A program made the translations under genes and the position numbers. A stretch of DNA of 64,000 nucleotides from Lama guanicoe (lineage: Eukaryota), in NCBI GenBank assembly GCA_013239625.1, contig MU053472.1, positions 2,577,822 to 2,641,821 on the forward strand, given 5' to 3'. Position 1 is the first letter of the stretch. Each line of letters opens with the position of its first letter. The notes under the pieces were generated by a model. That model did no database searches. It was not told the origin of the DNA and saw nothing but the letters and a program-made list of their open reading frames with translations. Of this stretch, positions 14,244 through 25,274 are shown one piece after another.

Positions 14244-14818
14244 TGTTACCTGAAAAACTGGGTTTGCCTCTTGGCGGGTGTCAAGCCAAAAGATCAGGAG
14301 AAGGAAGAATTTATTATTTGCAGCAAGCAAGGAGAACACCCTGGGGATCTTTCTCAAAGCAATGTCTCCCCAAACAGCAAAATTGGGGAAGTTTTAAGCT
14401 AAGGGTACATCCATATTCATGAAGGGGCTTGGGTGAGGTCACAGAATTGAGGCAAAGGTTGACAGGGCCCAAACTTTGGTTAATTTAAATCATGAGGGTG
14501 AGAAAAGGTCAACATCATCATCCCTTAGGTTCTAGTTGATCTGGTGATCGAATGCTTCAGGCTAATCTTTATCACTGAAACAGAACTGGGAGTCTGATAA
14601 CAACTGATAAATTATCTTTGCTATTGTTATTTCTCTTGCCTGTTAACAGGCATTCTTTTGTTCCCTTTAGATCATTAATTACTGAGACCTGTTCAAGGAC
14701 AGGCATTGTGGCCAGGCTTAGATTACTAAATGGCCCAGGCCAAAAATGGCTTCTCTTATGTCAAGAAAGCTATGCCTGGTTCTCTTTCTCTGGATACTCC
14801 CTATCCTATTTGCTTACA
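14244..14818 (-). mobile_element. ERV1-type solo LTR (chimeric after inversion)
   Basis: tgttacc...cttaca termini; reverse-complement homology to 16543-16764. Confidence 0.8.
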
Positions 14819-15193
14819 GTTCCATCTCTGATCTCCCATGAGATTGCAGGTAAACTGTCGGCTAGGAATGCAGTCAACTTAAGTCTGGACTGAGTCTAGA
14901 TGATTCACTTCAAACTCACATGGCTATTGGTAAGAAACTTTCTGCCCTTCACCATGTGGGCTTCTCCATTCAGCTGTTTAATACATTACAGCTGGCTTCC
15001 CCCAGAGCAAGTGGTACAAGAAAAAAAGAATAATGCTGTATTGCTTTTTTAGGACCTTGTCTCTAAGTCATACTGCCTTATCTATTCATTATAAATCATT
15101 AAGTCCAGCCCACGGTCAAGGAGAGGATGACACAGAGGCATGAATCCCAGGAGCTATGGATCAGGGGAGCCATCTTAGAGTCTGGCTACCACA
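14819..15193 (-). mobile_element. MLT1 (MaLR) LTR, 5' part
   Basis: Ends ggagccatcttagagtctggctaccaca, typical of the MLT1 5' terminus on the minus strand. Confidence 0.8.
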
Positions 15194-15199
15194 ATTCCC

Positions 15200-15753
15200 T
15201 GTAAGATGTCATCTGATTTTATCATAAGCACCTCCAGAGATGGGTAGCTAGACTGAGAGGCAGCTCCATCTGAAGGAGGATTAATAAAATGGCCACATTT
15301 AGGCTAACAGATTGCTTATTCTTATGCTTGCCCTTAAAATGGTAACTGACCTGACTGACCAGTTGCTACTCACAGCTCCAGGCCCGTTGTTACAATAAAG
15401 CTATTAATTTTACTGTTTCTGCTTTATTCCAGTCGGGAAAAAAAGACAGAAAAAGTGACAAACAATATTCTCTATAGAATTGGTTGCCTGGAGGCATCAT
15501 GACGCCACTCTAAGTCTTATGACGAGAAAATGATTCTGTTAATTGTTACCTATGTTTTATTGTTTGAGCAATGGCTATATAATCACCCTACCCCATCCCA
15601 AAGGTGGGTTCATAGTTTTGAAGGCACCAGCCTGCTGTGAGTCTCCTTTGCCCAGCAAAATAATAAAGCTTTCTCTCTTTTTTTAAGTTCCAAGACTCCG
15701 TCTCTGGATTTCAATTTGGCTTGTCAGGGACGGAGGCCAATCTTTTGGCAACA
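15200..15753 (+). mobile_element. ERV solo LTR
   Basis: tgtaag...tggcaaca ends; gctatataa TATA-like at ~15574; AATAAA at 15662 followed by a pyrimidine-rich U5. Confidence 0.7.
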
Positions 15754-16542
15754 AATCCATTTTTGAAGAGCAGTATGGTTTAACTTGTACTGAGTTAATA
15801 TCTCCAATAACTTCCACATATCGGTTCTAACTCAATCCCAAAATGTTCTTCCACAAGACAGTCAACTATTTGAAGACATGCTACTCCAGTCACTGGAGTG
15901 ACGAGAAACTCAAATTTCTTTGACTATTTTTTTCTGTGATAATCTGTTTTTCATTTTGGTCGCTTGCTCATAGGCATGGCTTCACTTTTCAAGTGTATGG
16001 GCAGAAGCAGCCTCGTACTTTGCTGGAGGGCAGAAGGAAATGGAGAAGACAGGATCCTAACTTGAGCTTGAAACTCTATTTACACAGATTGCTTTTTGCC
16101 TAATTGTATCTCATGATTGATTCTTATCAAGTTTTCAGTCAACTAAAACTCCTAGATCTGTTGCTGTTGAGCCACATATCTCTCCTCTTGAAACTGTGCA
16201 GCTGATTTTCAGACCGAAATTCAGAATCTCCTATCTATCCCTGTTAGATTGTTCTGCGTTCAGCTGCAAATGACTTACATGTATACCTCTCAAATTTTCT
16301 GATGACACAAAACTTTGATAGCAAGTTAATACTGGCAGGTTGATTTCCTCAACTCTGAAATGTCAGTGACTGTAAGAAGCACCATTGATTTCATAATGGT
16401 TTTTCAGGAAAAATGACACTACCTTATTCAAATAAATTAACCATAAGAGAGACATCATGATTTCAGAAGTATTATAATACGACAAGAATACATACTAAAA
16501 TTTGTATAATATAGTGGAAATGGAAATGTTGGGTGGTGTCAT

Positions 16543-16764
16543 TGTAAGAAGATAAGGTAGGGGGTTCCTTATAACGAATATGTGTCTACCTTTAGCCTAA
16601 AACTTCCCCAATTTTGCTGTTCAGGGAGACACTGCTTTGGGAAAGATTCCCGGTGGTCTCCTTACTTGTTGCAAGTAATAAATCCTTCCTTCTCCAGATC
16701 TTTGGCTTGGTTGTGTCTTTTGGCTCAACACCCACCAAGAGGTAAACCTGGTTTTCAGGTAACA
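16543..16764 (+). mobile_element. Internally deleted ERV1-type solo LTR, same family as 14244-14818
   Basis: tgtaagaagataagg...caggtaaca keeps both termini; AATAAA at ~16677. Confidence 0.8.
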
Positions 16765-16872
16765 GAACCACACAGATAAGCCACTCCAGGATTCCTGATA
16801 CTCTGAAACTGTGTGAGATAATAACTGTGTTTTAAGCCTATTAATATTGGGGAGCAATAGACAACACATACA
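16765..16872 (+). mobile_element. MLT1 LTR, 3' part (partner of 14819-15193)
   Basis: gaaactgtgtgagataataactgtgttttaagcc...gcaatagacaacacataca, an MLT1 3' terminus. Confidence 0.8.
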
Positions 16873-17788
16873 GGGATGCTGTAGCTAGTTGAAGTATCTT
16901 GTTGGACTATTTTGTCTTCCATGGTCCCTTTGGTTTTGAGAGTCTATGATCTGGTATGAGATAATGTATTTGCCTACAAGATTATTCCCCTACTGGGAGT
17001 TAATGCTAAGCAGATGAAAACAAATTGTCATCGATATGCATTATTTTGGATGGCAGAAATAGCTTTGTTACGTAGAACCTTACCTTAGTTGTGGTAATGA
17101 AATCATATTTCTATAGAGTTGGTGTTAGGCGGAAGGCATGACAAGACTCCAGTCCCAGAAGCCTCTGAGATTCTGGAAGTGAGAAGAAGCACTGATTAGA
17201 AAACTTTGACAAATTTAAAAGCCATTCGAAGAATCCTGGGCATCCATCCTGGGCATCAACTTTGCTTGCCTCTTTTATGCTCTTTCTTGTTCTGGATCCA
17301 TTTTTGGTTACCTGGTGAGGGTTTGTTTGTTTTGTTTTGTTTTCTTGCAGGCATTACCTCATTTAATTCTTTCAATAACATCTTGAGGGTGGTTTTATTA
17401 TTATCACCCTTTATAGATGAGGAACTGATCCTGACATGGTCTTTGTCTATCCATCCCAACTGTCAACCCACTTCTGGCTACCGGGTCTCTGCTCTCAGAA
17501 TCCTTCCCACAGGTAGACCCATTGTCCAGCTCAACTCTTTAGCATTTCTTTACTCTTGGTTCCACCCTTGTACCTCTATTTATCTGGGACTGACTGACTT
17601 ATCTAGGTTTTCTTAGATGTAGGCTTTGCTCCACCTGTACTAATCACTTCTGATTTGCCAGAACTTGGAGGTCATTATCCACTCCTGATCATGTTCTAGA
17701 CCTAGGAAGCTTTTCATTTAGCCAATATTCCAGCCCCTCCATGCCACCCTGGTTCAATTAGTCCTAGCACATGGACTCTGACAGGCAC

Positions 17789-17991
17789 AAAGGTGTTACT
17801 ACAGAAAAAAAAAAAAAAATGGGAGTTTTTTTTAACAGACTTCAAAGCGGTATCATATTCTAAACATTCTTAGGTGGGGTACCCTTCTAGTTTTAAAAAG
17901 GTGTTACTACAGAAAAAAAAAAAAGATGGGAGTCTTTTTTGACAGACTTCAGAGCTGTATCATATTCTAAACATTCTCAGGTGGGGCACCC
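17789..17991. repeat. Local tandem duplication, 2 x ~95 bp
   Basis: aaaggtgttactacag(A)n...ggtggggYaccc at 17789-17884 and 17897-17991, with about 7 substitutions. Confidence 0.95.
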
Positions 17992-20900
17992 ATCAAGGCT
18001 TATTCTGTCCTGGAAACCTATATTTTTGTGATTTCTACTCTACACCTTGTTATATACATTGCATCTTTCTTTTACTTAACATCTTAAATGATTACCCAAG
18101 TTTGCCTCTGACAGGGAAACATTGAAACAATCTTTGATGATTCATTTAAACCACTTATTTATAAAATTTTGAAGATGATCTTTGAGATACAGCACTAGGG
18201 ATTGCCCCTAAGGCTCTCAAAACAAGCTTAATAAAATAGTGATTTTTCTTAGTGTACAGAACTGGGGCAGAATAGAACCTGAAAAAATAGCTACTGTTAC
18301 AAACGTGTTAATTAAGATCTACTTGAAAGTAACTAATTCCTGAATCTGTCCACCTTGGCAACACCTATAGGATTCATGACTTCATGCCTGATGTCTTTCT
18401 TTTGCACTCCAGTGCGGAGGTAAATCAGGAAAATGCATACCTGTTTTCTTAGACTCTTAAACACACTTTTGTACAAACCAATGCCAACAGCTGTGTTAAA
18501 AGTATATGAGAAATAGTTATTTCGGATGAGTTGAGCACCTACAAAATACTCAAGTAAATTGTGACTATTAATTTCAGTCAAATAGATGATCAAAGACATC
18601 CTCTCCTTTTGATCCTGGCTATTCAGATTCTATTGCCTTCCTCATCAGTAGAATTCCCTGAGTGTATAGATAAAATCTGCAGAAACCTCAACAGCAACTG
18701 ACAGGCAATGCCACAGCCTTTTAACTAGTGCTTTACCTCATTTTAGCACCTTATATTTCCCTACCACTTTACACCATGACATTCCTATACTGAAATCATT
18801 ATGCAAAATGAAATGTGAAAGGAAGCGGTTGTCAACCATAGAAAGATCTGAGCATTCACACACCTGGGCCTTTACAGTGGGCAGTTCAAAAGCAAAGCCA
18901 TCTATCTAGTCACAGAGGGAGGGGAGTTAAACTGAAATTATGACGATTCAGTGTCTTTATTACTTTGAAGACCAAAGTGTCTTTGATCCTTGTTCTGATA
19001 CGTGCTTCCTGGTAACACTATGCAGAGCAGATTGCTGCATCTCAGCAACCACTTTAGCATTTAATTCTTGCTTATACCACTTTCCCAAACAATCAGGAGG
19101 AGCATAAAGAAAGCAAATATTGTACTTAGTAAACACAAGTGACAGTGTGGGAAATAAATACTTACTTTCAAAAGTAGAGTTTTTAATTCATTTGGTCAAC
19201 ATAAAAGAAATACATCCTTATTAGAGAAGGTGTTGAAAATGTTAAAAAGGAAAAAGAAATAAAAAAAATCCTTACCCAACACCTTAAAAAAAAAAAGAGA
19301 GAAAGAGAGAGACAAACACCAGGATACATTACAATCAAACTGCCCACTATCAAAAGATAACCATTAATAAAACTTCATGGCATTTCCTTTTAGGTTTTTA
19401 TTCATGTAGTTAAAAAAAAATTGCTGTGATCATCATATATATGTACATATATATATCCTATATAAATGCTTTTGTGTCCCATTTTCACTTCCAATTATAA
19501 CACAAGCAAAAATACATATTTTAAAAGTTGTGAGTGAAAGAGTTTAGTAAAAATGTTTCATTTGAATTGGAAGTTGAGATTATAATATCAGTTGAACATC
19601 ATAATACATACTTCTTCATCATTCTACCACATTTTTTGCACTATTTAAGTTGAATATTATATCTTTCTAGATTGTGAAGACTGTTACCATTCTGGACAGT
19701 GAGTGATTGTTAGCAGTTATTGCATTTTATGACAAATTTTAAATGTTTTAAATCTGTTAGTTTGTAGTAGTCTGACATTTATATCATGGAATATTTTATT
19801 CACCTCATTAACATATTACTAAAGATCTAGCATTACCTTTGAAATGAAATCATTCTACTTTTATAGTAATAATAATATCCTTCTGTGACTCAATCATTTT
19901 AAAACTCCAAGTTACAAATATTTATTAAACTCTCAATGTTCCATCAGTTCTCCTCCCACACACTCATACTGCAGTCCTGACATAAGACACATAAGGAGTA
20001 GTAATCAAGAATTTAATTTCTTTTTTTGAAAATTGTCAAAAGCTTGCTACACCAGCATCCAGCAACAGGAGGAGAAATGTCTCCAGTCTACTACGCTCCT
20101 CTCCAAGCCAGGTTTTAATTTGTTGAGAAGGGGGAAAAAAGCCTATAAAAATCTTGGCAAAATACAGAGCTGCTAATTTAATCAATTTTAGTAGTTAAGG
20201 CAGTGATTTCAAGTGCTAACGCAATCTGTTGAAAGAACTAAATTCCAAGGTAGGGGAGATTCATTTATTTCTATTTTTTCTTGCCAGTGTTCCAATCTGA
20301 GGGTATGTGGACAGCCATCATGTACCCAATGAGGGACTCCCTCTCCCAAGATTAAGGAGGATTAGGCATTAATTCAAACCCTGAGTAGCAGAGAAACATA
20401 CTCTCCTTTTCCCTGGAAAAGGTTTCTGAGATGCAGATGAAAAAAACCTCAACTGATACAGTAATAGATACCTGCCTGAGACTGCAATAAAAACTAAAAT
20501 CATGCTGAACCAAAAGAAATAGCTATGTGGCTTTTACGCACTGCCAGAGAGAGGGGGGCAGGGAGTGGGGGATGCTCTGCTTCTCACCCGGCACTGAAAC
20601 CTCCCAGCTCTCATTGCCTCTTGTCATTAAATTTCTATTATAGCAGTATAGTGGCACCATATTTTGATATATTAACAGACACGTTTTTAATTCCTGGTAG
20701 TTCGCTTATACCTCCATTTAAAGCTATACTATGAAGCACTGATTACCTTGGGGAAGGGCTGCTACAGCAGAAGAGGATTTTTGAGTATGACAAACCCAAA
20801 CCCTGAAGCTCTCTGAGCATGGACAGTTTGGAAGATCTGTGTCACCTCTAAGACCAAATAAAGTCTACCTGGATTGGAAGGTGAAGAGAGAAAAATCAGA

Positions 20901-22830
20901 AGGAAAGAAGAAAGTTTAGACACTGGTGGGTTCCTAAGAAGGAGTGCAGGGTTGTCTCCAATTCATCTCATCTGGTAGAGGAAACCTGTGGTGCATCCAC
21001 AGATGGAGCCCAGGGAGGTTTCAAGACCAGAGTCCTCCTCACTCAGCTTGATGAGGGCACAGAAGAAATATCTGTGCCTTGGCAGGCAGGACAGAGGCAG
21101 TCTCAATGCATCTCCTGGGCCTCAGTGTGGTGTGGGGAGAAGCTTCTCCCCCCACATAACACATTCTTGGGACAGGAGCTTAGATACTCCATTAAGTTTT
21201 CTGCAGTTTAGGAATGGTGAGGGAACGTGGAAGTGAAACATGAAAAAGCATATCCAGAGAGGTTCTACAATCAAGAGGAGAGACAATGGAACAGCCACTT
21301 GGGCTAGAGACAGAGGAATCAGACAGGATGTTTCAGCAGATGTCATTTTAGCAGATGTCAGCATAGACTGATGAACAGGGACAAGACACTAGCCATTCCC
21401 ACCATGATGCTCTGGCACTATGGAAGTCCCTGTATCTCAGAAGAAAAGAGCACTGGAAATCCTAAACTCACTGGACTTTAGTATCTGTCACTTGGCAGAA
21501 TGATACTAAAAAGAGAGAGAGAAATTAAGTTGCAGAAAAATGAAGAAAGATACATTTCTTGAAAAACTGATTCATATTATAAGATTTATGACAGTTACAT
21601 GCATCCTATAGAATTTCCAATAAAGGTACAGCATGAATCACACACTTTTTAAAAGACTGTCATATGTATTAGACTTTGAATAACAGTTGGTCATCATGAA
21701 GGAGTAGGAAGAAAAGAATATCACTGTTGTGTTCTGATCAGTATCACATTCGGACTGGAATCACAGCTTTACCGTATTTCTCTGGAGATGGGGTAATTAT
21801 TTTCCTTATTTATTCAAGAATGGATTGATTGAATCATCAAGATTCTAGAAATAACTGGAGGATTATGCCATATTGCCTGCTTGTGCTAACTGCTCAGTTG
21901 GTGGACTGACAACGGTTTAATCATTTCTTCTTAATTCTTGTAGTGAAGTAATCTGAATGTCAGTACCAGAATCTATTTCCCATCAACTTCCATATCTCTG
22001 CTATGCCAGGAGGACCTGGGATAAAGTCAGTGGGTGGGGACAAGGGTTGTCAGAAACCACAGATTAGGCAAACCGTAGGGGACCTCAAGAGAGCATTTAT
22101 TTCAGTTCTTCCTTCCAAGCAGATCTGCAGCTAAATCATTCAAGAAGAATGATCTATTTTTAAAAATCCACAAGGAAAGCAATCTCTAATAATCTGTCTT
22201 GATATATAATCTATATTTTCAGAAGTTTCTTCCTTTTAGCAAATCTAGACCTAAATCCATTTCCTTTTGTTCTCCTCATAGTAAATTTCGATAAAAATAC
22301 ATTATACAATTCTGTTTTGAAATGCTGCTTTGGGCTTAAACATTGGCTTTTGACTTTAAAGATAGCATGTATTCTGCTAGACATGTTGACCCATTTAGAA
22401 AAAAATTCTGGCTTAAAGGAAGATTTTGTAAATATCTCTGTCAGAGGCAGGTTACTGATTGCTAAAGTGGTGATTCTATGCTGAGTGAGAAACTAATAGA
22501 CAGGGTAGCTGGGCTCTTGGCTGACGTCCTCTCTTCTCAGAGGCTGCTTGGGTGGAGATACCCTTACAGGACCAGAAAGAGCCCTTCAGTTATGTCAGCT
22601 GTGAAGGAGAAGGGAAGAAACAAGAAGCAGAACCTGAGGCAGGACATCGCATTACTTAGCTCAACTCCCAAACAAGGTCACTAAATGGGTAGTGACTGAT
22701 TAAGGAAGCCAGAGCAGAGGTTTGGATGGCAAAATATCCTCAAATCCGGAAGTTTCTATGTGAACCTTGGAAAGGATATTACTGAGACACAGCTTTCAGG
22801 ACTTAAGTTCAAAAATAGAATTCCACTCAA

Positions 22831-22922
22831 ATATGTATGTATATGTATGACTGAACTACTATGCTGTACACCAGAAATTGACACAACATTGTAAATTGAC
22901 TATGCTTCAATTAAAAAAAAAA
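22831..22922 (+). mobile_element. Very short L1 3' tail insertion
   Basis: TSD agaattccaYtcaa at 22817-22830 / 22923-22936, plus poly(A). Confidence 0.85.
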
Positions 22923-23867
22923 AGAATTCCATTCAAGCCTCGTAAGAAAATCAGGAAAAGATTGTTAAAGTGATAAATAAAGGTTAACGTTTAGTGAGAA
23001 ATGTAGTAAAATATACTCAGGTACATATTGATAAATCTTTAGCCAGGCTCACCAAGAAGAAAAGAGAGGACCTCCCCCCCAAAAAAACAAATAAGAAAAG
23101 AAAGAGGAGAAATAACAGCTCATACCACAGAGATATACACAATCACAAGAGAATACTATGAATAGTTATATGCCAATAAAATGAACATGCCAAAAAATGA
23201 ACACAATGTTCATAGCATTGCGGCAAGTCTTTTGTTAATTTCCAAAGTTCTGAACAAGTTGATTCTGATAATTATTCTTGCTGCTTTTATGGAAAGGCAG
23301 ATTTTCAAAGGTCTTTACTCTGACATTCTGGAAGTTAGCCTGAACACAGGTTTGAGCTGATTGAGTGGTACCAGTTCAACAGTAGATAACATGGGGGTAT
23401 CAGTCATTTGCTTATGTCTCACTTACTTGAGCCCTCTGGCCCTGCATACGCCCAATTCTGGAAGCATTGCTTCCATCTTACAATGGGTTGCTACTAGGTC
23501 TGCTGATCTTTTGCCTTAAATGGGCAGCTATGGCCACACGGTTACTTGATCAGATGTGCCGTCCGTACCAGGAGCCAGCAGCATGCCAAGAGCCAGTTTT
23601 TGAACAGTGCACGATTCTCTGCTGCAGCTGGCATTGCCTTGCTCCAGAGCCCTGTGTGTCAACTGTGATTTTCACATTTGGACTGGCATAAACTTCGCAT
23701 GATGAGTCTTCTCATCACAGATTCCTCTAATACCATAGCACGTGATGGGTCACGTGGACCAGGAAGCCGAGCTGCTGGCACTGCAGCCTGGAACTGCCAT
23801 AGAGCCCTTTCCTGCTCTGGGTCTCGCTCAAAGCTGGTAGACTTATTTTTGATTTGGTAAAGTTTAA

Positions 23868-23998
23868 TTTTTTTTAAATTTTTTTTGAGGGAGGGAGATA
23901 ATTAGGTTTATTTATTTTCAATGGAGGTACTGGGGATTGAACCCAGGACCTCATGCATGCTAGGCACACACTGTACCACTGAGCTGTACCCTCCCCTC
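23868..23998 (-). mobile_element. Vic-1-type tRNA-derived SINE
   Basis: Reverse complement ggggagggtacagctcagtggtacag...ggttcaatcccc with A and B boxes; perfect 18-bp TSD tgatttggtaaagtttaa (23850-23867 / 23999-24016). Confidence 0.92.
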
Positions 23999-24846
23999 TG
24001 ATTTGGTAAAGTTTAAAACAATATTCCCAAGTGTGTAATATGCTGCCTCCAAAACCCAAAGAGGTCTGCCAGGTATTGTTTCCTTCCTAGTGGTGAGAAG
24101 TGCAAGATGGAATAATTTGAACTTTACTTTGGAGGAGATGCTCCAGTATGCCTGACCACTGGTCCCCCAAAAACTTTACTAGTGGGACAGGCCTCTGAAT
24201 CTTTGTAGAACCTTCTGAAACACATATGTCTTACATAGGTCTCCAACAAGTGTTTGCATTTCTTGCTCATCTGATCCAAATAACACAATGTCATCAACAT
24301 AATGGACCAAAGTGTTGTTCTGCAGAACATCCAGGTAGTCAAGGTTCTTTCAGACTGTATTATGACAGAGGTCAAGAGAACTAACATAGCCCTGGGTCAA
24401 GACTGTAAATATTTACTGTTGTCCATCCCAGGTGAATGCGATCTTCCAGACAGGGATGGATAAGAAAGCATTTGTCAGATTAATGGCTAATACCACATAC
24501 CTGAAACCATGTTAGTTTGCTCTCACAAAAATACCACTTGCAACACAGCAACTACAGTTGTGGTTACTAGTTAGTTAGATGAGTTTTCCATCCTTCAGTT
24601 TCTTCCTAGCATTTCTGTTTGGATTAGATTGGTGAATTAAATGAGGTAACCTTACTCTTGCATTGTTAAGTCTTTAGAGGTAGCTTTCATCTCTGCTGTG
24701 TTCTCTAGAACACAATATTGTTTCTGATTTACTCTCTCAGATGGGCAAGAGGGAGCAGTTTCAGAGGCTTCTTCTTGACCTCACCCACTATAATAGCACT
24801 TATCCTACTGGCAAAAGAACAGATTGTTGGGAAAGGGAATCTGCCA

Positions 24847-25274
24847 TGGGTTCTGAATATCCCCACACATTCTTGTTGGGTATGCCAAGACCTATGTCAA
24901 GGTCATAACTACTGTTTATCCAGGAAATTTCTCAGGGTTGTGTCTGCAGCAAAGAACCTTGAGAGATGAGCTGACATCTCCCTCCAAGACAAAGAACAGG
25001 ATTGCATAGCACTTATTATAAAAATGGTAGATTCTGGAAGCTCAGTGATCTCCCATAATGCAATCTACTGCATGCAGGCATCCATCTGGAGTGTCCACAT
25101 TACCCCCATAGGAACTTAAGGGCAAGGAGAAGTGAGGTAAATATGCCGCTCATGCTGCTTACTGTGCTGTTAGAAAGTCCTGTTTCTGATCCAGGAGTTT
25201 TATATCCTACTAGCATCCATGAAATAATAACAGGCTAATTTATTAGCTTGTAAGGAAAGTAAAATTCCCTGACA
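24847..25274 (+). mobile_element. Solo LTR nested in the ERVL
   Basis: Interrupts the ERVL pro region and ends ...gcatccatgaaataataacaggctaatttattagcttgtaag...ccctgaca; boundaries approximate. Confidence 0.6.

Noticed and set aside
15795..16022. Minus-strand exon-like segment after a very strong acceptor (QSTRLLLPIHLK...)
   Set aside because: It has three stops in 76 codons, close to chance, and no clear donor. It also lies inside the inferred inversion, so ancestrally it was on the other strand from the flanking exon candidates.
18738..18740. In-frame TGA as selenocysteine
   Set aside because: No SECIS element or selenoprotein similarity was identified, and the exon model itself is unproven.
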